A stretch of 63,907 nucleotides of DNA, filler included, from Octopus bimaculoides (taxonomy: Eukaryota), in assembly GCF_001194135.2 (NCBI RefSeq). It is 4 parts of 4 records of this genome, joined end to end, with 100 filler letters (N's around TTAATTAATTAA, not from the genome) between each part and the next. Parts side by side here need not be neighbours in the genome. Positions count along the whole stretch, not along the records: positions 20,435 to 51,380 come from NC_068998.1; 3 more parts are not named here. One strand, given 5' to 3'. The notes beneath the pieces were generated by a model. The model did not search any database. It was not told the DNA's origin and saw nothing but the letters and a program-made list of their open reading frames with translations. The translations under genes were made by a program, and so were the position numbers. Positions 25,796 to 39,300 of the stretch are shown here, in pieces; position 1 is the first letter of the stretch; each line of letters starts with the position of its first letter.

Positions 25796-25815
25796 CTCGC
25801 TCTTTTGTCTCTTTG

Positions 25816-25853
<38 letters not shown>

Positions 25854-27412
25854 CGCAAATACATACACATATATATATAAGTAAAGAGACTCAGATGCAC
25901 ATGTAACATATGTCTGTCTCTCTTTCTCACTCTCTACTACTACTATCACTATTACTACTACTACTACCATTACTACAACCACTACTACTATTACTACTAC
26001 TACTACTACTACTACAAACTCATATCCATATATTATAGTTCTCTCTGTCTTTCTCTTTTTCTCTCTCACTCTCTTTCTTCTGACTATTTATCTACGTATT
26101 TACGTACCTGTCGGTCTCTCTCTACAACGTAATCATATACGTCTGCCTGTGGGTCTGGCTCTCTCTGTCTCCCACCCTCCCTCTACTACACATCTCTATA
26201 TATTTGTATATCTATCGGTCTCCCACCGCTCCTCTCTCCCTCTCCTTCTCCTATAATCTCACTTTATTTCTCTTGTCTTACGGCTCTGTTTTCTGCGTTA
26301 TTCCATTTGTTAGTCTTTGCATATCTTTTCTTGAACGTCTGTTTTATTGTCTTTCTCTTCGTAAATCAATGTTTTTATCATTCTCTGTATTCCGACTTTA
26401 TAACTTTTTTTTTTCAATTCCATCTTTTCACTGACTCTCCCTTTCCCCTCTCTCTGACCCACTGCCTATCTATTTGCACACACACACACACACACACATA
26501 AAGATATTTTTTCATATTTTGGTTATTGCATTCTATTATCTCTATCTTTCAATGATTCTCTCTCCTCCTTTCTCTCTTTCTCTCTCTCTCACACACACAC
26601 CTTTACACGTTCTCCCCTCTTTTTAAAAATCTCTCTTCGTCAGTCCGTCAATCGCTCTATCTTTTTACGTCTATTAATGTTTCGCTCTCCCTCCGTTTTG
26701 CTCCCTCTATTTTCTCAGTCACTTTCTTTTCTCTGTCACTTTCTTGTATTCTTACTTTCTCTTTTGCTCTCTCTCTGTCTGTCTCTCTTTCTTTCTCTCT
26801 GTTTTCCTGCTTCTGTCTCCCAGTTTACCTCAAGCTGTGTGTAAATAAACGAGATAAAAGAGGACACCCCTGTGTGTTTGGGTAGATGTGAAAATGGAGT
26901 TTTCCCAGGAGGGTGCTTTATTATGAACAGTTGTAGAGTTTGTTACCAGAGACGGTTAATTCTTTTGGCAGTATACCTTCCTGTTTTCAACTGAGGCGGG
27001 ATTTCAGAGGAGGCTGACTGCTGTTACACATGTAATACTAACATGTAATAGTTAATTTTACAGCAATATCTCACTGACACAATATAGAAACCCTGACACA
27101 CTAGAAACCAGAAAGCGGTTTTGTTTTATTCTAGGTTATTCAATGTGTAACTGACCACTCTCACATACCAGGGCCTAATGTGTGACTGTCTATTATCTAA
27201 CAAATCACAGCACGAGTCATGCGGATGACATAAGTATTGGGCTGTAAGATATATTCGTTCCTTTACGTGTTTTCATTTTATTTTTTAATCATTATTTTTC
27301 ATCAACAATTTTAACAACTTAGTCAAATAATATACTGTAGCGGGAACGTGAAAGCAGTTTTGTGATTAAACAAACATTTAGATAAGTTCAAATATGTTTG
27401 CAGTACACGATG

Positions 27413-27530
27413 CTGACGAGAGCCAAGAAGCTAGAAATGCATTACCCGCTCTGCCGAGAGAGGCAATCTGGAAACAACTGCTGTTGCTTTCCAGGGCCTA
27501 TTGCCTGACGTGAGAAAAGTTCTCCATAGC
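27413..27530 (+). ncRNA. Three tandem minimal hammerhead-ribozyme-like motifs (PLE type)
   Basis: CTGACGA-g-agc-caagaa-gct-a-GAAA-tgcatta (27413-27444); CTGcCGA-gaga-ggcaa-tctg-GAAAC-aactg (27451-27480); CTGACG-t-gagaa-aag-ttctc (27505-27525). Folding was not computed. Confidence 0.5.
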
Positions 27531-27559
27531 AGATAACAATGAATGCCACCTTTGAATTG

Positions 27560-28350
27560 ATATATCAATAAACGTTTGTTTATTTAATAATATATTCTTC
27601 ATCTTTCATGGCTTCTTGTCAAAGATCCACTAGCTTGTAGATGCTTTGACAGCAGAAATCACCAGGTCTTTACTCGAAGAAATCATCAAGTCACGTTTGC
27701 AGCTTCCCGTTGTTGTTCAACGAAAAGCCTCGGAGACCGACGGAAAAATGGTAATAATCTGAATCAGGAAAATACGGTGGGTGTAGTAGAAAATCCCAAC
27801 CGAGCTCTTGAATAGCATTTTTGGTCAAATTAGTGATGTGTGGGCGAGGATTACCGTGTCACCGGTTGGGTCATTTCGAGTGGATTGTTCAGTGAAGGTA
27901 ACGAGTGACGATATCACGAAAGCATCCTATTTGCTGAGCCACTTCCTTAATAAAATAGCGCGGATCAATCGATTCTCATTGAACTGAACAGGCCGGCCGG
28001 AACGTGGAGAGTCTTTGAGGTTCTTGAATCGTGAAAACCATCTCTCTACAGTTCTTTCAGTAATAGTGCCTTCTCTACACACAGCACAAATATCTCGCAC
28101 AGTTTTGGCAGCTTTGGAACCTTGATTAAAAGCGAAGAGAAGCAGCTGCTCATTTTTTTTTTCTTACTTGGCACTTCATTGTCACATGTCTGAAAAGAGA
28201 TAAAATTTATTCTAAATTTCAGAAATGGTAAACAAAAGTTGTAGAGGAAGAATACAATTAAAAAATACTATAAAAGAGTACGATACAACATATTTTCCGC
28301 GTTAATTAAAATAACATTCGAAAGAAACAAAAGAATTTATCTGACAACCC
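27560..28350 (-). mobile_element. Mariner-like element, internally deleted
   Basis: 5' TIR-like (minus) tagggttgtcagataaattc next to TA at 28351; ERWFSRFKNLKDSPRSGRP; C-terminal LHPPYFPD.SDYYHF (HPPYSPDLAPSDY motif). Confidence 0.85.
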
Positions 28351-28569
28351 TATGCGATATTTAACTATATCGCATGTGCAATGGATTACTGTGTATCATA
28401 TAACCCAGTTTACGACCTTTCTAGACGCTTCAGTAAAAATTATGGCTATGTCTAGTATTTAACTTATCACACTAAACAACATCGCCTACTATCCACGCCA
28501 ATACAATGATGTAAGCGATCGTATATCCGTGGTACGGAGCTTTTAAGAGCAAGTACATAAAATGGGTTT

Positions 28570-28955
28570 CATTGCGTGAAACTTCTGGATATGATGCCGT
28601 CACTCACAGATACACTCTAGCTTCTAAGCCAAGACATTTTGTGTCGTCTCATTACCTATTCCGCCACTATAACAATAGTCTCTGCTCTTCGAAACTAACT
28701 GGCTCCATGCCACCTCTAATCATGCACCCTCAGTTCAGGCCTCTCTCCTCCTCTTATTGCCCATACTGCGTCCAGTCTTTCATGCATGCAATACTCAGTT
28801 CCATAGAACGATGGCTCTCTTGAATTTCCTCCCTGCACATATCCTTCCTGCTGTAATCGGCTTGCAACAGTTTAAGCAGAATCTTAACGGCATCAATTTC
28901 ACCAGTTTCGAAATGGCCTGGACTTACATGGACACTACTCCTTCCTCCAGTCCTA
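28570..28955 (+). mobile_element. CR1/L2-like LINE 3' end followed by a microsatellite tail
   Basis: THRYTLAS..LFRHYNNSLCSSKL..PP and FHRTMALLNFLPAHILPAVIGLQQFKQNLN resemble the C-terminal LxxRR..RTxxLWNxLP...FK pattern. Confidence 0.55.
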
Positions 28956-28957
28956 AA

Positions 28958-28958
28958 T

Positions 28959-29030
<72 letters not shown>

Positions 29031-29399
29031 AAGAAGAAGAAGAAGAAGAAGAAGAAGAAGAAGAAGAAGAAGAAGAAGAAGAAGAAGAAGAAGAAGNNNN
29101 NNNNNNNNNNNNNNNNNNNNNNNNNNNNNNNNNNNNNNNNNNNNNNNNNNNNNNNNNNNNNNNNNNNNNNNNNNNNNNNNNNNNNNNNNNNNNNNNNNNN
29201 NNNNNNNNNNNNNNNNNNNNNNNNNNNNNNNNNNNNNNNNNNNNNNNNNNNNNNNNNNNNNNNNNNNNNNNNNNNNNNNNNNNNNNNNNNNNNNNNNNNN
29301 NNNNNNNNNNNNNNNNNNNNNNNNNNNNNNNNNNNNNNNNNNNNNNNNNNNNNNNNNNNNNNNNNNNNNNNNNNNNNNNNNNNNNNNNNNNNNNNNNNN

Positions 29400-29458
<59 letters not shown>
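28958..29458. repeat. Compound (CAA)n-(TAA)n-(GAA)n-gap-(TAA)n microsatellite
   Basis: Directly visible. Confidence 0.95.
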
Positions 29459-29460
<2 letters not shown>

Positions 29461-29509
29461 CCCTGATGTAATACCAGGCACTGATTCTCATGGCTTCTCA
29501 TCTTACCTG

Positions 29510-29815
29510 ATTGAAAGTGTTATTTTGTACATTGTTTTGTCTTGGTATAAAAGATGGGCTACAGCAAATATTCTGCTCAATACCACAGATTTGCTTGTCA
29601 GCTGTTTGACCTTAACCATTTGAGCATGTCCCTTGGTGGCTGACAATATGTGCGTCTCTGATCATGAGCGGAAGTCGTGGGCAGCATCATAGCTATGTGT
29701 TGAGAGGAATTCTTTAGGGTTTGAATAATTCCCCTCTGGAAACATGGATGTTTCGTTCAACATCCTTAAACAACCCTTATTCAGAGACCTTTTGAGCGGG
29801 ATGGACTACTCAAAT
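29510..29815. repeat. Probable interspersed repeat, unclassified
   Basis: Non-coding GC-richer block directly after the (TAA)n tract; recognised as repeat-like by eye only, with no second copy in the window. Confidence 0.25.
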
Positions 29816-30360
29816 TGATGAGTAGTCCATCCCGCTATATATATATAATGTTCACTGTTCTCCTTCATTTGCCAATGCAAGGAAACAAGTACTATACAAA
29901 TATAATTAAATAAAGAGAATATGCTTACTCAAAATGCACAACCGCGCCTGAACATGAACATATAAACAATTTTGAATTCTGTAAATATTTTGATCCATAA
30001 ATTTTTAACTTCGTCATATAAACAGTCTCATTCACACATGAGATGTCTAGGACATTTCATGTATCAATGTTTGCCTACATTGCAAACTCGTTTCTTCGGA
30101 ATCATACTTAAAACATAGATTTTCGCATTGATTTGCATCAAAAGATTCCTTGCACAGTCATTAGTCTCGACGAAATAGGTTCACAAAAATATCACTGTTT
30201 CTAGAAAAAATTTGGAAGTAATCCGATAGAACAAGCAAGCCATAACACTACATTTATTTATTAATACTCGCTTTCTTTCACATTTTTCATATCATGCAGA
30301 ATAATTTCTCTTCACAGCCTCACATTCACTATTAATTAAATTCTGCTATTTTATTATTAA

Positions 30361-30790
30361 AAGCAACGACCTGGTAGAATCATTAGAGCATCAACCAAAA
30401 TGCTTAGCTGTATTTCATCCGGCTCGTTTCGTTCTGAGTTCAAATACTGTCGAGGTCATCTGTGTCTCTTATCGATTCGGGGTTGATAAGTACCAGTTAA
30501 GCACAGGAGTAATAAACTAACGCCCTCTCGCGAAGTTTCAGGCGTTGTTCCTATAACAGAAAATATTATTAAGGCAGCGATCTCGTGGAATCGATAGCCC
30601 GCTGGGTAAAATGCTTAGCGGTATTTCTTCCGCTTTTTACGTTCCTACGTTCAAACCTGGCTACGACCACTTTTGCTTTGCATTCCTTTGGGGGTAGATA
30701 AAATAGAGTACTGGTCAGGTTGTGGAGTCGATGTAATCGACTTGTCCACACCCCTTCCCTCAAAATTGCTGGCCCTGAACTCTGTAACAG
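30361..30790 (+). mobile_element. Two head-to-tail SINE family A copies
   Basis: Heads ctggtagaatcattag..aaatgcttagc..gttctgagttcaaat (30361-30566) and gtggaatcgatag..aaaatgcttagcggtatttc..cgttcaaa (30571-30790). Confidence 0.8.
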
Positions 30791-33621
30791 ACCAACGTTC
30801 CTTGGTAATTTGTTCCCCATGGAAACCGGGTAAGGGGTCTTATGAGTCCTTGAACTCAAGAAAAATAAAACAAAACAAACAAATTAGTTATTTTGAAACT
30901 ACTGGACAAAACTAAATATTTGACAGAAAATAAGAAATCTAAAATACGAAAAATAATAATAATAAAACCAGAAAATAAACGAAACAAAAAAAGCATTCAA
31001 ACATCTTCAGTGAACTTGAACAATTTTCTGTTTTAAAAATAATGTCAGACTGAAGTAATTAAAAGGAAATGATTTAACTCGGATGGTTTAAAGAAAGAAT
31101 ATAAATAAAAAAAAACAAAACATTTCATCCAAACTTTCAGAAGTATGTTATGTGAAATAATAGCTAGTCTTAGAGTCAATGTTGATATTATCAATTTGCG
31201 TAGCATTTCACTGAGACAGAAAGAATTTTGATGGTAATGAAAATGGCGTCCTCAGGTCTGGACAAAGAAATAATAATAATGTTTGCGGCAATGGAACTCG
31301 AAGAAAAAATAAAAAAGCATCAGGCTTTAAGATGTCTCGACACAATTCTGAAATTTCTTGATGGCAAACATTGGGATTTTCACGTGTTTGCTGGGTTGAT
31401 TCTAAAGTAGTGTACAGCGTATATAATACTGTGTGTGTATAATGTTAAAAGTGTGTATAATGTGTGTATATATNNNNNNNNNNNNNNNNNNNNNNNNNNN
31501 NNNNNNNNNNNNNNNNNNNNNNNNNNNNNNNNNNNNNNNNNNNNNNNNNNNNNNNNNNNNNNNNNNNNNNNNNNNNNNNNNNNNNNNNNNNNNNNNNNNN
31601 NNNNNNNNNNNNNNNNNNNNNNNNNNNNNNNNNNNNNNNNNNNNNNNNNNNNNNNNNNNNNNNNNNNNNNNNNNNNNNNNNNNNNNNNNNNNNNNNNNNN
31701 NNNNNNNNNNNNNNNNNNNNNNNNNNNNNNNNNNNNNNNNNNNNNNNNNNNNNNNNNNNNNNNNNNNNNNNNNNNNNNNNNNNNNNNNNNNNNNNNNNNN
31801 NNNNNNNNNNNNNNNNNNNNNNNNNNNNNNNNNNNNNNNNNNNNNNNNNNNNNNNNNNNNNNNNNNNNNNNNNNNNNNNNNNNNNNNNNNNNNNNNNNNN
31901 NNNNNNNNNNNNNNNNNNNNNNNNNNNNNNNNNNNNNNNNNNNNNNNNNNNNNNNNNNNNNNNNNNNNNNNNNNNNNNNNNNNNNNNNNNNNNNNNNNNN
32001 NNNNNNNNNNNNNNNNNNNNNNNNNNNNNNNNNNNNNNNNNNNNNNNNNNNNNNNNNNNNNNNNNNNNNNNNNNNNNNNNNNNNNNNNNNNNNNNNNNNN
32101 NNNNNNNNNNNNNNNNNNNNNNNNNNNNNNNNNNNNNNNNNNNNNNNNNNNNNNNNNNNNNNNNNNNNNNNNNNNNNNNNNNNNNNNNNNNNNNNNNNNN
32201 NNNNNNNNNNNNNNNNNNNNNNNNNNNNNNNNNNNNNNNNNNNNNNNNNNNNNNNNNNNNNNNNNNNNNNNNNNNNNNNNNNNNNNNNNNNNNNNNNNNN
32301 NNNNNNNNNNNNNNNNNNNNNNNNNNNNNNNNNNNNNNNNNNNNNNNNNNNNNNNNNNNNNNNNNNNNNNNNNNNNNNNNNNNNCAAACCATTAAACAGC
32401 ATTGTCAGAGAGGGGCAAATCTGCAGAAGTAGGGCACTGGAGACTGTATCTACATATTGTTAGGCTCTTGTAATGCTTGGCTAGCTGCCAATTCTACTCT
32501 TCCCTGCTTCACTCATATACACACATACATACATACGGACCCTCAGTTAATCTCTCCCTCTCTCTCCCATTCGCTCTACGTGTCCCTCTCTCACCCATTC
32601 TCTCTACGTGCCCCTTCTCTCTCTCTCTCTCACTCTATCTATCTATCCTTATTTCTGTTTGTGTGTCCCCCCCCCACTACTTTGACCCTCTTATTATAAT
32701 TCTAGTTCTTACTTCTCCCTCTTTTTTCTTTTTTGTCCCCACCACCATGTGTCTATCACTGCCCCTCTTTTTCTCTCTCTCCTATGTCTGTCTGCTTGTC
32801 TCCCCATCTTTGTCAATTAATCCCACTACCTATATATATATACATGAGGGCTTTCTCTTTTCATATCTTCACAGTACATACATATATACCTACATATGTG
32901 GGTGTGATTGTTTTTTGTTCCCTCTCTCTCACTCCCTCACTCTCTCTCCCCCCTCTCTCTCTCGGACCTTCACTTTCTATGCATATGTGTATATATTTAT
33001 TTAGACGTGGATATATATGCTAATATGTATACATTTGTGTGTCTGCCTTGCTTACATTTCGTTTACGACGATCTACATACAGTGTTGTTACAGGGCGGAA
33101 ATACACGTATGTGTGTGTTATTTATAACATATATAAACAATGTATATATGTACGTATATACGTACGTATGTATGTGTATGTGCACGTGTGTGCGTCTGTG
33201 TATAGATATATGGTTGTACATATGTATGTATACATATGCATATATTGTGCGCGATTGTCTATATATGCACACACAGATGTATATAAACTGCATATATATA
33301 TATATATACATATGTATGTGTGCGCACGTGTGTAAACAAATATGCGTGTATATGTGTAAGGCTCCGTGTGTGAGTGTATATGTGTTGCATGTGTGCCCTT
33401 CTGTTTTAACTCTTTTTCATTTTCTCCAGTTAAGGAGCCAGTCTCCAACCACGAAACAAGGTTCCCTCATTAGGCAAAAACAACAGCAACAATTAGATAA
33501 GTGCATATGGTCCTTATATAAGTCATTCCTTGTTTTACTTGCTTTACCGTTCCCTATATGTGTGCATTTGTGTATAATTGGATAATAATAATAATAACAA
33601 CAGCAACAACAACAATAATGA

Positions 33622-33832
33622 TTTCTACTATAGGTACAAGGCCTGGAATTTCGGAGGAGGGGACTAGTCGATTACATCGACCCCAAAGTGTCACTGGTAC
33701 TTGATTTATCGATTCCGAAAGGATGAAAGGCAAAGCCGACACCGGAGGAATTTGAACTCAGAACATAGCGACAGACGAAATACCGCTAAGCATTTTGCCC
33801 GGCGTGCTAACGAATCTGCCAGCTCGCCGCCT
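33622..33832 (-). mobile_element. SINE family A, well-preserved full-length copy
   Basis: Minus strand: ggcggcgagctggcagattcgttagcacgccgggcaaaatgcttagcggtatttcg..gttctgagttcaaattc..ctttgcctttcatcctttcgg; ends in a (TTA)n-like tail. Confidence 0.9.
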
Positions 33833-33843
33833 TAATAATAATG

Positions 33844-34314
<471 letters not shown>

Positions 34315-34317
34315 GTT

Positions 34318-34516
34318 CAGTCTACTATAGGCCCAAAGCCTGAAATTTGTGAGGAGGGGGCCAGTCAATTAGATCGGCCCCAGTACTTGACTGGTACTTA
34401 ATTTATTGATCCCGAAAGTCGACCACAGCGGAATTTGAACTCAGAACTTGGCGGCAGACGAAATGCCCCTAAGCATTTCGCTCGGCGTGCTAACGATTCA
34501 GCCAGATCACCGCCCT
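34318..34516 (-). mobile_element. SINE family A, full-length copy
   Basis: Same head, body and tail; flanked by (AAT)n. Confidence 0.9.
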
Positions 34517-34533
34517 AACAACAACTACAACAC

Positions 34534-34637
<104 letters not shown>

Positions 34638-34739
34638 TTATTTCATGTTTAAATACTTACATTATGTATACAGTTTCAACAGCTGATAACTCAATTTTCA
34701 ATTTTTTTTTTTTTCAGTTTTAACCCATTAAAAATAAGG

Positions 34740-35830
34740 AAAGGAACCATACTAAGCTTTTGAACAAAGGAAATATACCCTAAAGTGCTACTGGCAGCTT
34801 GAAAACGCAGTCGAATTGCAAAGGAAGTTTAGGAGTGAGTTTCTGACAGATCCATCAATACGATTCGAATTAGAAATAAGTTTGAAGTACATGGAACTGT
34901 TCAGAGAGTCTACAAAAATGTTTCGCAAGACCACGTATACCGACGAGCCCCACAAAGCAAGTAACGGTACTAGAAACGTATGTCAGAGTTCAAGAAAAAC
35001 TGTGCAGCAAACGAGTTGTAAGATAGGAATTTCAAAAGCCACCGTATTTTGAACTGGAGTCATTGAAAGAGTTGTATTTCCAAGAATAGTCCATGATCTC
35101 AATGGAGATTATCCAGACCGAAGAGTGGAGTTTTGCGAATGATAAGGTATGTGGAGGATGCACACTTCTAACGAAGGTTATTAGGAGTGATAGAAGTACG
35201 TTTAAAGAACATGCCTCAATTAACCACCGCCTTTGCACCTAGTAAGGATCTGAAAATCTTCATATCATGGAGAATCTTCATATCATGGAGAATCTTCATA
35301 TCATGGAGAATCTTCATATCATGGAGAATCTTCATATCATGGAGAATCTTCATATCAATGTTATTTTATCAAGAGTTGCAGTGTGGTGCAGCTTATCTCA
35401 AAAGCATTAACTGGATCATTGTTTTTTATGGTACTGTAATAGCTCTCATTGGTAAGAACTTGCCGTGACAATATACCATATCAAGCATTCAAGAGGGCTT
35501 TGATGATGTGGAGTTTTATTTCCGGCATGATGGGGCTTTCCTACTCTACCATTATAAAGTTAGGGCCTACTCTCCTGAGATTTTGCCAAAACAGATGGAT
35601 TGGATGAAGAGAATCTCCAGAATACCCTCTGCGTTCACCGTACTAGTGTACGGTACAAGACAGGTGACAGTCGTTGACTTGAGGGCAGCCATTGAACGAG
35701 AAAGCGCACAAATACCGAACGAAACGTTCCTTGATGTATGCGATTCCAATGCTTCGTGTTATCAGCAGTGCTTGGACCAGAAAGGCCTTAAATTTGAAAA
35801 TAGGCGTTCATAAAAATATGATTTTTGTGT
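34740..35830 (+). mobile_element. Degenerate Tc1/mariner-superfamily transposase (DDxD-like)
   Basis: LKCYWQLENAVELQRKFRSEFLTDP (N-terminal HTH); VAVWCSLS..FYGTV; FYFRHDGA (QQDGA motif); DLRAAIERE..CYQQCLDQKGLKFE C-terminus; many lesions. Confidence 0.75.
35255..35357 (+). repeat. 18 bp tandem repeat (aatcttcatatcatggag) x5.7
   Basis: Perfect copies, counted directly. Confidence 0.95.
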
Positions 35831-36157
35831 GTAGATTCCAAATAGATTTAGAAAATGAAATGTATTTGAATAAATATAGGCTTTATGACAAGTCAGTGTG
35901 TGCACACATCTTGTTCGATATGATGAAAATGTTTTTATTACATAAATTTTAAAGCTGTACGACTGTCCACACAAATACATACATACATACATACATACAT
36001 ANNNNNNNNNNNNNNNNNNNNNNNNNNNNNNNNNNNNNNNNNNNNNNNNNNNNNNNNNNNNNNNNNNNNNNNNNNNNNNNNNNNNNNNNNNNNNNNNNNN
36101 NNNNNNNNNNNNNNNNNNNNNNNNNNNNNNNNNNNNNNNNNNNNNNNTATAGTAAAA

Positions 36158-36676
36158 TCTATTTGCCAATACAACGTGACAATCCTACGTAGGACTATTT
36201 TACTACTTTTTAGTCCCAGCAAAATATAATTTCCAGCTGTCTGCCGACACATGATCTGTGTCCATATACTGTGAGCAAGGAAGTCTATTGCTGCTTTTCT
36301 AGCTGTAGCGATACCCGCAGACCAATAGTTTCTGGGTAATTTCTCTTCGTCGGTACAGGAGAACTACCGGCTAGAGATAACACCCAATCGCTCTTGCTCA
36401 CAGTATATACTTTTAAAGTGATACAGTCGCTCATCTCGTAAAGAGAAAAACAACTAGTTTCAAATCTCTGAGCGAGCGTACGGTAAAGTCTATTTGCCAA
36501 CGCAGTGTGGCAGTCCTACATAGGACGATGCTACTACTTTTTAGCCTCAGGAAAACATCTTTTCTAGGTGGCTGCCGACCCATGATCTGTGTCCGTATAC
36601 TGTGAACAAGGGAGTCTACTGCTCCCTTTCTAGCCATAGCGATACCTGTAGACCGTGGAGAGATACCCGCAGACCA
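36158..36676. repeat. Direct duplication of ~165 bp (period ~331 bp)
   Basis: tctatttgccaa..tcctac.tagga..tactactttttag..tgccgac.catgatctgtgtcc.tatactgtga.caagg.agtcta.tgct..tttctagc..tagcgatacc occurs twice. Confidence 0.85.
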
Positions 36677-36744
36677 TGCAACAACACATCAGTAGCATGA
36701 GAGTTTTTGCAGACTATCCTATTTGTAGGCTATCCTACGTCCTC

Positions 36745-37662
36745 TCACAGGTGTTTCGACCACTCCACAACCATAGGATGAAATTGATCAGATAAAATGC
36801 TTAAATAGTCTTGACTATTAATTCTGCTATGAAGTGAAACCATTGGGTTGGCGGATTTCCAAGATATAGCCACCACCACCACCACCCCGATCATCACAGA
36901 TCCTCCTTCATGTTTAACAATTGGAAAAAGGCAGTTTAGGTCAAATGCTTCTCTTGGCTGTCTCCACACGTATATTCGGCTGGTGGTTGGAAATAAGTTA
37001 AAGGATGACTCGCCCGGGAAAATAACATACTTCCACTGCTCTAGGGACCAATTCTGTAGGTTTTTACTCCACTCTAAACACTTTGCAACGTTTGTTTTTG
37101 AAAGTAGTAGTTTTCTGATTGCAGCCCTCCCGTGAAATCCGGTTTGTGCAGATTCCGGTGAACAGTTTTTGTGGAAACTGGGTTCTCGATGTGATCATTA
37201 ACCTCTGCAGTAATTTTGAGAGCTGTACTTTTGTGGTCCTTTCTAACAATTTGCGTAAGAATCCGACGGTCCTTATCTGAAAGTTTTGGTTTTCTTTCGG
37301 AGTTTTGTTTTGATGAGGAGGTTTTTCTCCTCTTTCTCAAAAGCTGTCATTACTTTCGAGGCAATACGTCTTGATACACCAAACATTTCGGTTGTTTTCT
37401 TTACGCTAGCGCCTGCCATACGAGCACCAACAGTTTGACATCTTTGAAAGTCCGATAGATCTGTCATTTTAATGAATTTTAATTACCTTTTTCTGATGAT
37501 ATCTGAAAAGAAACAGCAGCTTTAGCAAAACATATTAAGCAACACTAATACTAAATAAAAAAACAACAACATGAAAATAAACAAGCTTTTGACGGTTTTA
37601 TAGATATTTCAAAATTATGATGCTATGATGCTAGGTGTTTCCATTATTTCGTCCAACCGCTG
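36745..37662 (-). mobile_element. Tc1-like transposon, 5' TIR plus truncated transposase pseudogene
   Basis: TA|CAGCGGTTGGACGAAATAATGGAAACACC terminus at 37662; MTDLSDFQRCQTVGARMAGASV..RKPKLSDKDRR..VSTKTVHRNLH..WKYVIFPGES..VKHEGGSVMI; the frame is broken and ends before the second catalytic D. Confidence 0.92.
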
Positions 37663-38859
37663 TATATCGGGTGCAGATTGCATCGATAACAAGCTGGAGG
37701 AAGCATCCTCCTGGGGTTAAAAATGGTAGTGACGTCGGTCCCTACGGAACAGGCATGTTTGAATTGGCGATAAGCATAACTATACACGCGCGCGCGTAAA
37801 AATAAAGCGATGTCTGTGCTTGAAGTTGTTTTTAAAATGAGAAAAGGCCTTGGTATCCAAGGCCGTTAGTTCCACGCTCTGAACAATGTACTCGTTTACT
37901 TCAAACAAAAACTAGTTTGCATCAATAGAAGCAAATGAAGTCACAGGTATTACATCAAAATTTGCCTTCTCCAAATGAGAGCTCCATATTCTCAGCTGTT
38001 GGTTAGCCGTTGGCTCTACTGAGTTTATCTGCCAGGATATACATGCATGTGTGCGTAGTTTCTATGTACCAAATTATTTCACAAAGCATTGTTCTGTCCG
38101 CAGCTAAAATAGACGTCGCACATTTAGGAAATAAAAGAGACAACCCAGAGTGACCACTGGCAGGAGTCTGAATAACAAGATCAAAGAAAGATATATCGAA
38201 TATTATAGAAAATATCATAGCTTTGAGATAAAGATTATCGTTCCACCCCCACCCCCACCCCACCCNNNNNNNNNNNNNNNNNNNNNNNNNNNNNNNNNNN
38301 NNNNNNNNNNNNNNNNNNNNNNNNNNNNNNNNNNNNNNNNNNNNNNNNNNNNNNNNNNNNNNNNNGGGAGATAATTTCAAGAATTTAACAATTCTCCAGA
38401 CTTTACATATCATTACATGAAAGTTGATCTGCCGTTTTCTAGGGACAAGAGGTCAGTTATGAGCACGTGTTTCTTTCTCAATGGGTGTTATCAGCACAGC
38501 GTTCCCTATTTTGGTTCCAGCGGGACATAAAAATTAGACATATGGGTATTTTGGATAACTAGATATCAATTGAACCCAGGCAAATAACTCGACGAAACCA
38601 GTGGCATGAATTTGGATAACAGAGACAAAGGAATCATACTAAATAACAAAGGTAACTTGACATACGCGAACTCCACGTGGCACATCATAACTCTGTTCGT
38701 TTAATCGTAGCATTATTTTACTAAAATTATTCAACAACTAATTAAAAACTAGTTTCGGACGATAACCAATCTTTGTGTGAAATTAATGACCAAAAATAAT
38801 GATTTTCGAATATGTCTGTATAACGAAAATATGTCTGTATAAATCTATCCCTTCGTCTA

Positions 38860-39063
38860 TCTATCTATCTACCTATCTATCTACCTACCTACCTACCTAC
38901 CTACCTACCTACCTACCAACAAACCTACCTACCTACCTACCTACCTACCTACCTACCTACCTACCTACCTACCTACCCTCCTACCTACATACCTACCTAC
39001 CTACCTACCTACCTACCCTCCTACCTACAAACCTACCTACCTACCTACCTACCTACCTACCAA
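38860..39063. repeat. (CTAC)n tetranucleotide microsatellite
   Basis: Directly visible. Confidence 0.95.
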
Positions 39064-39084
39064 CCAATATATACATATCTTTTA

Positions 39085-39300
39085 TCTTGTACTTTTTTCA
39101 GTCATGAGACTACAGCCATGCTGGAGCACCACCTTGAAGAATTTTTAGTCGAAAGAATCGACCTCGGTACTTTTTTTCAATCTTGTTGCTTATACTATCG
39201 GCCTCTTTTGCCGAGCCGCTAAGTTACGTGACGTAAGCACATCGTCACCGGTTGTTAAGAGGTGGTGAGGTCAAACAGAGAAACAAAAACACTCTCGAAA
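39085..39300 (-). mobile_element. SINE family B 3' part
   Basis: cagtcatgagactacagccatgctggagcaccacc..tatcggcctcttttgccgagccgctaagttacg. Confidence 0.8.

Noticed and set aside
31228-31410. 60 aa ORF with aaaATGGCG start context
   Set aside because: Too short, no domain, no supporting structure.
37494-37525. CTGATGA...GAAAC in the Tc1 leader; CTGATGA at 43921
   Set aside because: No stem II in the first case; the second is simply the transposase FSDE codons.
37846-37864. Isolated 8-9 bp hairpins (37846-37864, 25341-25369, 28352-28375, 40515-40543, 46279-46296)
   Set aside because: Expected occasionally by chance in 64 kb, with no shared context.
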